NCBI GenBank assembly: GCA_038087875.1
Contig: JAXLNO010000550.1
Coordinates: forward strand, 1-64,000
DNA: 64,000 nucleotides
Direction: 5' to 3'
Source of the DNA: Malacoraja senta
Lineage: Eukaryota
Shown here: piece after piece, positions 1 through 13,452 of the stretch
Position numbering within the stretch: position 1 is the stretch's first letter
How the letters are laid out: each line of letters begins with the position of its first letter
The notes under the pieces: generated by a model
Told to the model about the DNA's origin: nothing
Seen by the model: only the letters and a program-made list of their open reading frames with translations
Database searches by the model: none
Program-made: the position numbers and the translations under genes

Positions 1-1587
1 GTACTTTACTGTAAAATGAATGAATAATGATTAACTTTCAATTTGCTACAGTTTAGACAATTCCTGTATTAATCATCATACTGAAAGTGAGGGAGATAGA
101 TATCTAAACTGGATACACTACCATTTCCCACAGTGATGTCTAAAACATTAAGAGGTGGACACTTTATTTGGACTAACCTGCAGCATCCTGCAGTTGGCAG
201 AAAATAAAAATACTGCAGATCCTAGAAATCCAAAACTAAAATAAAAATGCTGGGAATACTCAATAGGTTTGGATGTTTCATCCCTCCATCTTGCTTCTAC
301 TGAAAACAAACGTGATTTGCTCTTCTCCTCAATTCTGATAGACCTGGATCTGTAACATTGACTATTTATCTGTCTGCAGATGCTATCTGACTCTTAATAT
401 TTTCAGCATTTTCTGTTTTTATCTCCACTCTGGTAGCTGATGAGTATGACTTCGGTAACCAGGTTTTTTCTCTCAGAGTGAAAGAACACCTGCACATGTC
501 TATCCTGATCAGTGAGTGCAGTCACAGATCTTGACCACCCCCATGAGTTTCCTTGGCTCTCAGGCTCTAGCTTTAAACCCCTGGCAGCTTTAGGATTGAA
601 TCCTTAAAGAATTTCTGGAGATAAAAGGTGATCAAAGTCCATATCTTGTAGCTGTGCTATTAAACTCACTTAGATGTGGAAACTGAAGGAAACGGCAACG
701 CATGAAAGACAAAATCAAAATGGACTAAAGGTGACTCCATCATCCAACTCTAATGAGCAACAACCGAATTACCCATAATAATGACAGCTTGCTGGCATTG
801 CAGTTCCCGAGAGAAAGGATATATCCTGGGGCTAGTTAGATGCAATAAAGGAGAGTCTGACATTATGCAATAACTTCAATGGAGCAGGAAACATTGATCT
901 CCATAATACTCGAAATCCACATCACAGATTGTCCATTTGTTTTACTGTGTGGTCATCACGATTTCACAGCCTTTATTCAAGATGTAAGTACAGTCATTTG
1001 AATCTATTCTGGTCAAGGGAAGGAATAGATAAATGCAACAAAAAAAGTTTATCATAAAATATAGCTCCAGATTTTAAAGATTAGCTTATTTTCAGAGATA
1101 AATTAATGCAGTATTAGTAATTATTTGTTGAATATGAAACTGGTGATGACAAAATGGGTGTTTTACAACTGTAGATGCTGTTTGGAATTTCCATTTGTTC
1201 TATGCCTTTATATTTCCACTTTAATATTCTTAGCCTTTCTGCTGTGGTCTTAGTTGTTCCATTGTAGCACCGATCAGGCTGATGTGGTTATTCCTACAAT
1301 AAACCTGAAACACCTCAAACCTGCTTTGCTTTAGTACTACTTTGACTATAGCAGACACCTTGAAAGCACATTTCTTCATTGCTGGACAGCTGCCAGATTG
1401 AAGTTCAGTCATGATATGAGTAAGCAATAGAAGCTGAAATTCTAAATGCAGAGAATGTGGTATTAAGATTAGTACGGATGTCAGGGGTTATGGGGAGAAG
1501 GCAGGAGAATGGGGTTAGGAGGGAGAGATAGATCAGCCCATGATTGAATGGCGGAGTAACCTAATGGGCTGAATGGCCTTATTCTGT

Positions 1588-2820
1588 TCCATATAACCAT
1601 ATAACCATATAACCATAACAGCACGGAAACAGGCCATCTCGGCCCTTCAAGTCCGTGCCGAACATTTTTTTAATTTTTTTTTAAATTAAAAATAAATACT
1701 TCCCCTTAGTCCCATCTACCCTGCACTCAGACCATAACCCTCCATTCCTTTCCCGTCCATATACCCATCCAATCTATTTTTAAAGGATAACATCGAACCT
1801 GCCTCCACCACTTCCACTGGAAGCTCATTCCACACAGCTACCACTCTCTGAGTAAAGAAGTTCCCCCTAATGTTCCCCCTAAACTTCTGTCCCTTAATTC
1901 TCAAGTCATGTCCCTTGTTTGAATCTTCCTACTCTCAATGGGAAAAGCTTATCCACGTCCACTCTGTCTAACCCGCTCATAATTTAAAGACCTCTATCAA
2001 GTCCCCTCTTAACCTTCTGCGCTCCAAAGAATAAAGACCTAACTTGTTCAACCTTTCTCTGTAACTTAGTTGCTGAAACCCAGGCAACATTCTAGTAAAT
2101 CTCCTCTGTACTCTCTCTATTTTGTTGACATCCTTCCTATAATTAGGCGACCAAAATTGTACTCCATACTCCAGAATTGGCCTCACCAATGCCTTGTACA
2201 ATTTTAACATTACATCCCAACTTCTATATTCAATGCTCTGATTTATAAAGGCCAGCACACCAAAAGCTTTCTTTACCACCCTATCTACATGAGATTCCAC
2301 TTCAGGGAACTATGCACAGTTATTCCTAGATCCCTCTGTTCAACTGCATTCCTCAATTCGCTACCATTTACCGTGTACGTCCTATTTTGATTTTGTCCTG
2401 CCGAGATGTAGCACCTCACATTTGTCAGCATTAAACTCCATCTGCCATCTTTCAGCCCACTCTTCCAAATGGCCTAAATCTCTCTGTAGACTTTGAAAAT
2501 CTACTTCATTATCCACAACACCACCTATCTTAGTATCATCTGCATACTTACTAATCCAATTTTCCACACCATCATCCAGATCATTGATGTACATGACAAA
2601 CAACAGTGGACCCAACACAGACCCCTGAGGCACCCCACTAGTCACCGGCCTCCAACCTGACAAACAGCCATCCACCATTACTCTCTGGCATCTCCCATTC
2701 AGCCACTGTTGAATCCATCTTGCTACTCCACCATTAATTCCCAACAATTGAATCTTCTTAACCAACCTTCCATGAGGAACCTTGTCAAAGGCCAACCTTC
2801 CATGAGGAACCTTGTCAAAT
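1588..2820 (-). mobile_element. 5'-truncated CR1-clade LINE (RT C-terminal part plus 3' UTR)
   Basis: AFDKVPHGRL, SGVPQGSVLGPLLF, KYADDTK, LYKALVRPILEYGVQFWSP, RRLRGDLIEVFK; short tandem-repeat tail (ccatataa)n. Confidence 0.95.
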
Positions 2821-4477
2821 CCGATCACTTACGATCTTTTGATTGTAGGGATGAAGTATTTTGTGTGAGACCTGCAAAAGACCCCATGGGGAAATATTCG
2901 GTGAGATCTCCTTGTGCCAAGACCAATAGTCATACTTAACCATTATCACAATATCTGGCCATCATCTCATTGCCGTTAATGGGATTTTTTTTCTGCAAAC
3001 CAGCTTCTATATTTGCTGCATTACAATAAATACACTTTGCGTATTGGCAAAGTGTTTTTAATGACCTTGCAGTATGATGTGATGTTAAATAAGTAAAGTT
3101 CTTCCTTTTTCATGAAAGTTGAGGCAGGAACGTGCTAGAAATCTTTCAAGACAAAAAAAAATGCTTTGCTTTGATGTGCTGTATTAAAAATAGCCAAAAT
3201 TATAAAGGGCAGTGCAGGTTAATAAAATATGAAACCCAGCTTACTAAGGCCAAGGTTGACAAAGCTATGGATGAATATTTCATTAAATTTCAGAAACTCT
3301 CTCCATTCAGCGACTGTCACGTGAGAAGGAACATGCTTTGCAAGCTTATGTTGGCTTTCTAATAGGCTGTTTGCAGTTTTTCTAAAGCAATTGAATCACC
3401 CTTGTCACTATTATTGTTAGGATAAATTATTTCTGCATTTCTTGAGCAAAACACGCTCAAAACACGGTGCGCGCCCAAAATGTCACCTATCCATTCCCTT
3501 CGCAGATGCTGTCTGACCTGCCGAGTTACTCCAGCACAAATTCCAGCATCTGCAGTTCCATGTGATTCAATGTCTGTGTGCAATGTTAGCCTAAGCTTTT
3601 AATGTCTAAACCCTTTAGGATTTTACAAAGTTAAAACACTGACAAAAATCTCTTCAGGTATGGTACTTATTTGTCACATGTACCGAGGTAGAGTGAAATT
3701 CAGTTTATTCAGTGTATACAGTTCAGTACAAGTACCAATATACATTAGCATTTAGTTATAGCTTGAACCACCGCAATGTGTTGAGTGATCCTCTCTATTT
3801 GGAAAGAAGCTAGTATTAAACTAAAGCTGTCCATTATTCCCAGGGCTGGGGTTTGATGTTTGCATATTCAGTCAGTAAATCAATGAAAGACCATGTGATT
3901 CTTTAACAAGCTCAAGGGAGCAAAGTGCAAGCCCAGGTCTTGAGTGAGCTGCTAATTTCAGACCTGACCAATTTATGTATTACATTTCCATGCATTTATG
4001 AATTTTTGCATAAGCCGGTTGTATTGTCAGATCAAAACTGTTGACCTCTGACGGGATGAATTTAAGACCAACCGCCTTGTTTTATCAATTTAACCTTCCA
4101 TGATGGTTAGATTATCTTTTCAATGTATCTCATTACCACTAGACTTTAGGATTTCAGTCATATATTTTCCATTCTAACTGTATCTGTTCACACATTCAAT
4201 GAGCTTTCTCTACCGCTAATCAGAAAGGGCCATCATAGTCCTTTGATTACTTGCAATGAATTTCTGAAATAGAGTTGAAAAGTATGTACAACAATTTTGA
4301 TTCATTGCTAAAAAAAATCTAATCTGAAGCTCCAAATGATAAAAGTATGTGAAAGAAATGAAGGGGCAGCACAGTAACCCAGCGATTATAGCTCCAGGAA
4401 CCTGTTTGTTGTCTGGGTTATCTTGTTATCTTGGGTTCTCTCTGTGTGGAGTTTGCATGTTCCTGCCATGACACTGT

Positions 4478-4624
4478 ACGTGGACACAAAAAGCTGGAGT
4501 AACTCAGCAGGTCAGACAGCATCTCTGGAGAAAAAGAATAAATGACATTTCGGGTCGAGGCGCTTCTTCAGAGCTTTTTGTGTCTATCTTTCATTTAAAC
4601 TAGCATCTGCAGTTCCTTCCCACA
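4478..4624. mobile_element. short fold-back Penelope-terminus insertion within a V-SINE
   Basis: 11-bp TSD catgacactgt (4467-4477 / 4625-4635); homologous to 38915-39013 in both orientations. Confidence 0.75.
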
Positions 4625-7600
4625 CATGACACTGTGGGTTTCTGCCGAGTGCTCTGGTTTCCTCCCTTATCCCAAAGATGTGCTGGAAGATTCAAGTGGC
4701 CACTGAAAATTACTCCTTAGTTAGGGAAGTGACAAAAGACTCAATGAGAATTGTTGAGAGGGAGAATAAGATGAGGGGACTACAGGGAAATAAGGAGAAG
4801 GGGATCATAACTGATGGATTTGTTTTGTTGGGAGCTGGCATAGGACTCAGAGGCTGAATGGTATCCCTCTGTGTTGTAATAAATAAGTCAGGTGGAAAAA
4901 CAAATGGGGATTAGCCAATAACAGATTGGAGCCCAGTGTGAAAGTTTCCATTCAGGATGCCTCGTTTATCACCTATGGTGCAAAGACTTACTGTTGATAA
5001 ATTTGATTGTGATGGTCTAGTTAAAAATGATAGAGTACAGATTGTGCAATATTTTGTAGTGGTGCACCAGAACAGGAAGTAAGGGACACGTGTGTATTCA
5101 GTAGTGTCGCCACCCCAGCTCTCTGCAATAGATTGAGTGAAACCTACCGCATGAAAAAGGCCCTGTGGCCCCCCCGAGGCCATACTGACCATCAATCCAC
5201 CCATTCAAACTACTTATACACCGTAGAACCAACATATGAGACCTATTAACTTACAAACCTGCATGTATTTGGAATGTGGGAGGAAACCAGAGCACCTGGA
5301 GGAAACCCACGTGGTCACAGGGAGAACGTGCTAACTCCACACAGACAGCACCTGACTTCAGGATCTAATCCAGGTCCCTGGCCCTGTGAGGCAGGAGTTG
5401 ACGGAGACGGAGTCTACTAACTGCTCATACTTGTGTGAATTCATCTGACACATTTTCAACTTCTAATTTTCCATTTCCTTGACCTGGTTCCTCCTAATCT
5501 CTCCCCCCCACCATTTTTCATAGTACTTTCAACTTTCTCTATATTATGCTAATGTGATTTTAGCTTCTTTAATCCACATATACCCATTTCCCTTGGGATA
5601 AGCATGTATTGAGCTTCATTTTATACAACAACTTGGCTCATTTTTACCATTTTCTTTACATAGACTTATTGACAAAATAATTTTTTCAAAATGATTCCCA
5701 ACCCGTGCAATGTTAGCTCTAATAAACCTACCAGTTTTTCTCTGACCTTTTTTAGTTTTTTTTAATGCTTCTTTTTCTAACATTTTTCTTCTTCGATTTT
5801 GATCTTATTTTCCATAGCTTTGATTGGCGACTTGATTGGCCCTCAAGTTCAACAGCCCTGTACAGCAAGTAGCATTTTCCTTAGAGACTTGGCAGAAGTT
5901 CAGTCCAGAAGCCTTGTTTAGAGAGGCAATATTCCATGGAGGTGTCTGACCTGAGGTGTGGAAACTATAGGAGTGGTGCATTGGGATGTTGAACTTCTCG
6001 AGGGCTGCCTTGTCGTACAGATAGTGAAGTGGGTTCAATAGTTCAATTGGGCTTTGTTTGTTACATATGCAACTGTACAGTGAAATTCTATTTGCATATA
6101 TTACACATGTGTGCGCTGCCATTTTTTGCGCCATTATTCAAAGTCCAAAGCCCGGTCGGCCCGCGCGCTCGATGTACTGGAGCAATTACCGCAAACCAAC
6201 GTCCCTCTCCTTGCACGCCAATCTTTGTGTCCCGGGGGCACCTCCTGCAGCCTGCCTTGAAGGCGCTGGAGGTGTTAGCCCGGTTCACCATCCTACCGGC
6301 TCACTCCTAGCGCCCGGAATCTCCAGCAACCTCCCGGTTACGCCGTCCGACAAGCCTTCGGGCTGGTTCCCGATCCCGCCGACCAGCGAGCCTGTGGGCG
6401 AGGTCCCGCTGACTGAAGAGCCTTCTGGGTGGGCACGGTGGCTGGGAAGGCATCTGCCGCAAGGCACCTTGGGAAGGCCTGTCACGTGGCACCTCGAGAA
6501 GGCCTCCACCATGTTGTGGTGGGAGTATGGAGTCGGGTGAGCCCAGGTACCACCCGGACAGTCCCAGAGCAAGGGTGGAAGCTGAGCTGGCCACCAGTGT
6601 TCAAATGCCCCCTGACTCCGTCACCTTATCTAGCTCTACAATCACCAAACCTCCAACACATCCAACTAAGCCATTCCTGAACTTCACAATCATTGGAAAG
6701 TTCCCCCTGTCCTTAAAAGCTGCACGATTCTAAAGTCTTAGAAACATAATCTACTACATCATACAACACTGAGGGATAGGGAACTGCAGATACTGGAATC
6801 TTGAGGAAAACACAAAGTGCTGGAGGAACTTGTACAACGCTGCATTCGTTATGAAGCAATGCATCACCTGCCCTATCAAGAACAGTGCCACAGTGTGTGT
6901 GCTCTATAGTAAAGCAGAGAGCCTTGCATTCATTTAATGCCCTTCACAAGCTTAGGATGGCTCAAAGCAATATTTCAACCAAATACATTTGTAATGTGGT
7001 TGTCAATGTGCGTACATGTAGCCCCTAACAAATAGTTTCCTGATAATGAATGGATAATATTTGAGCAATTTTGGCTGTAGGAATATTCACCAGGATACAG
7101 GGAACTGCACTTGACTTGCATCTCTTTGAATAGTGACATGGTCCACCTGAAGGTCTCAAAGGGACCCCAGCTTAACAGTGGTATAAAAAGAAGCAGCGAT
7201 GATTCAAACTGGTGATTTTCGAGTCTCTCTTTCTTTCTGTGAGTAATAATGCCAACGAAGAGCCGACCTGGAGTGTTGGAAAGCCGAAGAGTTTTGGAAG
7301 GATGAGCTCTATTATTATGATCCACCCTCAAGGGTGGATCATAATAATATGAAGGTCTGGGATATTTTCCAAGTGCATTCGTGCTGGTGCCAGAACAGGG
7401 ACCACAGACCCCTAGACCTTTGCACCATTAAGCAAACAACTATTTAATTGTGTGACACAAGAGACTGTAGCTGCTGGGATCTTGAGCATGAAGCAAACTG
7501 CTGGAAGAACTCAGAGGGTGGAGAAGAATGCGGAGGGAAATTAGAGAGTTGACGTTCTGAGGTCGGCACTCTTCATTTGGACTCTTAGCTCTAAAATGCT

Positions 7601-7635
7601 TCAGGAGCTCTAAATGCTTTTCTTTCCACTCGCAG

Positions 7636-7741
7636 AGGAAGAGGCCCCCTGAAAAATACATCCGATGTCATCAATGCGGCCAAAACAATTTCCGATTCTG
7701 GCAACAGGATGGATGCATTGGTGCGCCAGATCGCAAACCAG
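7636..7741 (+). CDS. CTNNA3: alpha-T-catenin coding exon (third-last, 106 bp)
   Basis: tttccactcgcAG|A GGA AGA GGC CCC...AAC CAG|GTaggc. Translates (R)GRGPLKNTSDVINAAKTISDSGNRMDALVRQIANQ, matching the alpha-catenin actin-binding domain. The RQIANQ ending is as recalled for CTNNA3. Confidence 0.95.
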
Positions 7742-8309
7742 GTAGGCATTCTTTATCACTTCCAGATGATCCCCACACTCTCTCGAGCATAGTCATTGCA
7801 CTGTTGCAGATTCTCAGCTGATGACCCACTGTTGCAATCTACTCTTTTTATCATTCACTTTGTGTGGGTATAGACATTAAGACAAAGCATTATTTACCCA
7901 TCTCTTGTACCCAGTGAGATGGTAAAAGGACTTCGACTTGAACTGCTACAATTAGTCATAGAGTCTTTCAGCATGGAAACAGGCCCTTCAGACAAACTTG
8001 CCCGCATCGGCCAACATGTCCAATCTATACTAGACCCACCTGCCTGCATTTGGCCCATATCCCTATAAACTTGCCCTAACAATTCACCAGTGTAAATGTT
8101 TATTAAACATTGCGATAGTACCTGCCTCAACTACCTCCTCCGGCAGCTCGTTCCATACACTCACCACCCTTTGCATGAAAAAGTTTCCCCCACAGGTTCC
8201 TGTTAACTGTTTCCCTCCTCACCTTAAACCTATGTCCTCTGCTTCTCGATTCCCCTACTCTGGTTAGAGACTCTGTGCATCTACCCGATCTATTCCTCTC
8301 ATGATTTTG

Positions 8310-8772
8310 TACGGTGGCGCAGCGGTAAAGTTGCTGTCTTACAGTGCTTGCAGAGGCAGAGTCCCGCATTCGATCCCGACTACGGATGCTGCTTGTACGG
8401 CATTTGTACGTTCTTACATGGGTTTTCTCCGAGATCTTCGGTTTCCTCCCACACTCCAAGGACGTACAGGTTTGGAGGTTAATTGGCTTGGTAAATGTAA
8501 AAATTGTCCCTAGTTAGGTGTAGGATAGTGTTAATGTGCGGGGATCGCTGGTCGGCGCGGACCCGGTGGGCCGAAGGACCTGTTTCCGCACTGTATCTCT
8601 GAACTAAACTAAACTCCAAAGACTTACCGGTTTGTAGGTTAATTGGCTTGGTATAAGTGTAAAGTGTCCCTAATGTGTGTAGGGTAGTGTTAATGTGCGG
8701 GGGACCGCTGGTTGTGTGGGCTAGGTGGGCCGAAGGGCCTGTTTCGGCACTGTATCTCTAGACTAAACTAAA
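8310..8772 (+). mobile_element. tRNA-derived V-SINE (HE1-like) with tandemly duplicated 3' half
   Basis: A box ggtggcgcagcgg, B-box-like cattcgatccc, V-domain ggttttctccgagatcttcggtttcctcccacac, (taaac)n tail; 8616-8772 repeats the 3' part. Confidence 0.9.
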
Positions 8773-9328
8773 CAACACTATTTCACTAATTTCACAGAGA
8801 TACCGCTGTAATACCGTTCTGATTTAGTTCCTGGATTTTCACCCAGGGTCACAGTCTGTGAGTTACAGTGGTGATTCACATGGAAATAAAGTTTGAAGAG
8901 ATGACAATTTCATTGCACCTGACAAAGTAAGAATTGCCCAAGAATTGTAACACTGATTACCAAAATGTTGGAAATACTCAGCAGATCAAGCAGTATCTGT
9001 GGATGGAGAAGCAGGCTTAACGTTTCATGTCAGTTGTGATGAAAGGTCATTGTCCTGAAATGGTAATTCTATGTCAACCTCCACTGATTTTGCTCAACGT
9101 GCTGAGCTCTTCCAATATTGGTTGTTTCTTCCCCTCCTTTCCAGCATCTGTTGTGTTTTTTTTACTTTTTGATTATTCAGCAGTGCATCCTCCAGGCTAG
9201 ATTTAGCTGATGGCTAATCCATATTAGTGGTATCCCGGAATTTGAGTTCTGCAGTATTAATTGCACTTCTCCGAACACCTCACCTTTGTAGAAGATCCTT
9301 CCTACATGAAGGTACACCTCCAACTAGA

Positions 9329-9515
9329 TCTGTAGGAAGGGACTGCACAGATGCTGGTTTAAACCTAAGATTGACACATAAAGCTGGAGTGACTCAGCGG
9401 ATCAGTCAGCATCTCTGGAGTCTGAACAAGGAGAGACGACCTACAATGTCACCTATTCCTTTTCACCAGAATTGTGGTCTGACCCGCTGTGTTACTCCAG
9501 CTTTTTGTGTCTATG
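9329..9515. mobile_element. short fold-back Penelope-terminus insertion
   Basis: 13-bp TSD acctccaactaga (9316-9328 / 9516-9528); two inverted halves. Confidence 0.75.
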
Positions 9516-10377
9516 ACCTCCAACTAGAGCATTGAAAGCATGCTGAATCTTTGCAAAGGACTGAAATAGTGTATCCAATTCTGAGCGCCATTCTTTAGGA
9601 GCAAAGCAAATGTGCAGAGAGACTGCAGGAGAGGTTAACTGAAATGATTCCAGGGTTGTGGTATAGTTACATGGATAGGCTGGAAAAGGTGAAGTTGCTG
9701 TCCTTGGAGGTTGAGATGGGATTTAATATAAAGGAGAAACAGTTCCATTTGGCAGTTAATAGACTAGGGATTACAGAATGAAAAAGATGTAATGTAAGGA
9801 AAACCTTTTATTTTGAAGCAGGCATTTCGAATCTGGAAATGGCCTGGCAGGGGGGAGTAGTGGGGGTAAAATCTGTCAAGGTGTTTAAAAAGGAGCTGGG
9901 ATATCTTATAGGAAAAAAAGATATTCAGGGCTATGGAGACTGGGAAAGGGGGTGGGACTCGCTGAACTCCATTTGGGTTGACGCGGACTTGATGAGGTGA
10001 ACAGCCTTTCCGTGCTGCGACCTTTCTGTGATCCTGCAAGCTGACCCTATCTTGAGCCCAGCACCCTATCACCTCAGCCTGAATCTTGCAGCCTCTTGTG
10101 GCCTTATCCTGAGTAGCCACAACATTCTGTAACTTTATCCTGAGTGACTGCAACCCTCCCTGACAGGGTGGGACAATGGCCGCAGTCGACTGCTCTCGTG
10201 AATACATGCGAACCCGTGTGACCTCTGTGACCTCCGTTCCTGATGACCTCCCGCTCCAAGTCAATTCTCGTTCTGATATCTAGTCATCCTGTGGTTTTGA
10301 AATCACAGTGAATAATGCTGGTCTATCCAGATGCTTACAACGATGCTGACAATAACAAAACAACTTGAGTTTACTTA

Positions 10378-10908
10378 AGGGCCTGTCGCACTTGGGCGAC
10401 CTAATCCGCGAGTTCTGGCGAGTTTGCCCTCGACTCATACTCGCAGCATGGTCGACGAGGTCGTAGGAGGTCTTCGTAACTCTCCTTCATGCTCGAGAGT
10501 GGTCTCCGCGTACTCGAGGCCTCAGCTAATTCGCGGCGTTTTTTTCAATATGTTTTTAAAAAGCCCGCGAGTAAAAGAAGGTCGCCATGGAAAAAAATCG
10601 ATACTTTTTTTACTCGTAGGTTTAGTCGTAGTAGGTCGACATGTTAGTCGTAGGTAACCAATGATAGTCGAAGGTAGTTGAAGGTAGTCGTAGGTAGTCT
10701 TCATCATAGTTGAAGGGAGGTCGAAGGGAGGTCGAAGGAGATCGAAGGAGGTCGTCTTCACTCTCCACTATTCGGTGTCCAATTTTCCCGAAGTTAGTCG
10801 TAGCCAGTCGAAGCTGGTCTTCAACATAGTCGAAGGAGGTCTTCGACATGTCATTTTTTAAAATTCTTCTAAACTCGCCAATTTGGTCGCCCAAGTGGGA
10901 CAGCCCCT
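10378..10908. mobile_element. PIF/Harbinger-like MITE
   Basis: TIR AGGGCCTGTCGCACTTGGGCGACC / GGTCGCCCAAGTGGGACAGCCCCT, TTA on both flanks, internal gtcgaagg/gtcgtagg repeats. Confidence 0.8.
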
Positions 10909-11107
10909 TTAATGAAACATCCTAACCTGGTTCACTGGAGAGATTTGATTAGATAGCCCTTTATTAAGGAAAAAAATGATCAATCCCAAAATAATGTCAC
11001 ATTTCTTGGAGAGAATCCGGTAGTATAGAGAATAAATAATGAGCTAGTAGGTATAACAAAAAATAGCTTTGTAAATCAAAGACAGCTACTGCAAAGAATC
11101 TGGAGGC

Positions 11108-11402
11108 TGCGGTAGAGTTGCTGCCTTACAGCACTACAGAATCGGAGACCCGGGTTCGATCCCAACTACGGGTGCTGTCTGTATGGAGTTTGTACGTTCG
11201 CCCCGTGACCGCGTGGGTTTTCTCCGAGATCTTTGGTTTCCTCCCATACTCCAAAGACGTACAGGTATGTAGGTTAATTAGCTTGGTGTAAGTGTAAACT
11301 GTCCCATGTGTGCGTAGGATAGTGTTAATGTGCGGAGGATCGCTGGTCGATGCGGACTCGGAGGGCCAAAGGACCTGTTTCCGCGCTGTATCTCTAAACT
11401 AA
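11108..11402 (+). mobile_element. V-SINE (HE1-like)
   Basis: same consensus as 8310. Confidence 0.9.
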
Positions 11403-11842
11403 TTTAGACAAGGCTCTAATAATGAGAATTGTTGTGAACAGAAGTGTCCGTTAGTTAGAAATTACCGGAAACAGCTATGTTGCGAAAGGGAGCAGTCGCG
11501 GGAAGAGCAGCCGCCAGCTGCCCTCTGCCTCAGTGAGTGAGTTAGTTAGCTCGACCCAGCCCTCGGTATTACGAGTCGAGGGGAAAAGGGTGGTTGAGGT
11601 AGGTGGAGAGAAGGCACGAGGAAATGCCCCGTTCCCAGCCAGCAGAAGATGCCAGCAACCCCCATGACAGTAGTCAAATCCATTCCCATCCCAGAAGTTT
11701 GATCGTATGTATGAGTGGTCCATGTCGGGCGTTCATGACCTGTGCAGCAGAAAATATGTAAATTAAACATCCATTAATCAAGAAATGCCTGTGTCTAAAT
11801 CTTCACAACTTACACCAAATCATATATTCTCCCGATTCTAAT

Positions 11843-12136
11843 CGGCGGCACAGTGGCGCAGCAGTAGAGTTGCTGCCTCGCAGCACCAGAGACCCGGGTT
11901 CCATCCCAACTAAAGGTGCTGCCTTTGCCTGTACTCTGTTCTGCCCGTGACCTGCATGGGTCTTCTCTGAGTGCTCCGGTTTCCACCCAAACTTCTAAGA
12001 TGTGGGGGTTTGTAGGCTAATTGGCTTAGTAAAATCGTAATTTGTCCCTTGTGTGTGTAGGATAGTGTTAATGTACGAGGTGATCGTTGGTCGGTGTGGA
12101 CTCGGTGGGCCGAAGGACCGCTCTGTATCTCTACAC
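11843..12136 (+). mobile_element. V-SINE whose tail is interrupted by a hAT MITE
   Basis: ggcggcacagtggcgcagc head; tail resumes as ctaaactaaa at 12681. Confidence 0.88.
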
Positions 12137-12673
12137 CAAAGATACTAGAGGCTAATGTTTCTTATATCTTATAGGCAAAAGAAATAAATGCAAATATAAT
12201 TGCCTTTATGGCTTATGTACATCATGAGTTGCTTTAAATCAAAGTTGCTTCTGATCCATGAGAGAACTTTGAAATCTATTACCTCTATCTTGCCTCTCAC
12301 ACACAGAAACACACACATACCGTTCCCCCACAACACTGATTAAACCAAAGATCAAAGAATGTTTATGGTCCAGAGAACTTTCATTGCGCATTGTCGCTCA
12401 TTTTATACGGAATTTCCCTTTTTAATTTTTTTTTAAAAAAGAAGCACCTTATTTATTATTCACAAAGATCATAATGGTCTATCATAGAAGGCTAAGATAG
12501 ACCAAGATAAACTCCTGCAAAATCTAATGGACTGACATGGATTAAACTGCGAGAGGCATAACAGAGGACGGGGTCTTATTCCCAAAATGGCGGAAGTGAC
12601 ATTCCGTTGCGTACTTCACGTCAGTCCATTGGATTTTGTAGGAGTGGTCTATCTTGCTCCTCTAGTATCTTTG
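12137..12673. mobile_element. non-autonomous hAT DNA transposon (MITE)
   Basis: perfect 15-bp TIR CAAAGATACTAGAGG / CCTCTAGTATCTTTG; 8-bp TSD CTCTACAC (12129-12136 / 12674-12681). Confidence 0.9.
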
Positions 12674-13452
12674 CTCTACACTAAACTAAATTTAAACCGA
12701 TTGAATTGTAACATTTAATATAGATTTATTTTCTGTACAAATTCATCCCTTTGAACTTGATTAGTCGATACTGCCTTCAAAATCAGTTACTTCCTCAAAT
12801 AGTTATTTTTGAATAAATGCAGTTAATTTTATCTCTAAACCTTCTTATCTCTGCTGTAATTTTCCTATTTGGACCAGGGATTCATTTACCTCTGAAGTAT
12901 AGGACCTTTGTCTGTTAATTTAGTTCTTGAAATACTGTAGACTATTGATCTGGTTGTGTTTGATTTCATCATCCAACACTGTCTCAATATTAACCCCATT
13001 CCTTCCAAATATGCTCAGCTACTCCAATGCTCTTTTATCCTTCTACATTAACCCTATTATTTTTTACTGTTACTTTTCAATCATAGGGTAGTCCGTATCT
13101 GGAATGAGTTGCCAGAAGAAGCTATAGAAGCGGATACAATAACGACTTTTAAAAATAGTTTAGTTTAGCTTTTCACTGCACCTCGGTACAGTGAAAAGCT
13201 TTGGTTGCCTGCTATCCAAAGAAAAGATTACACATGATTATAATCAAGCCTTCCACAGTCTACTACTGTAGTAGTAAATGTAAGATTTAATGTAAGATAA
13301 AGTCCAATTAAAGATAGTTCATAGGTCTCCAATGAAGTAGATGGGAAATCAGCGCCACTCTCTAGCTGGTGAGAGAACTGTTCAGTTACGTGATAACAAC
13401 TGGAAAGAAACTGTTCCTGAATCTGCAGATATGCATTTTTAAACTTATGTAA

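Noticed and set aside
6029..6733. Cluster of overlapping GC-rich ORFs
   Set aside because: No recognisable protein or splice structure; it adjoins a LINE-type tail and is likely a GC-rich repeat.
10600..10850. Short repeated gtcgaagg/gtcgtagg units resembling a CRISPR-like array
   Set aside because: Irregular internal repeats of a MITE, with no constant repeat-spacer periodicity and no cas genes in a vertebrate locus.
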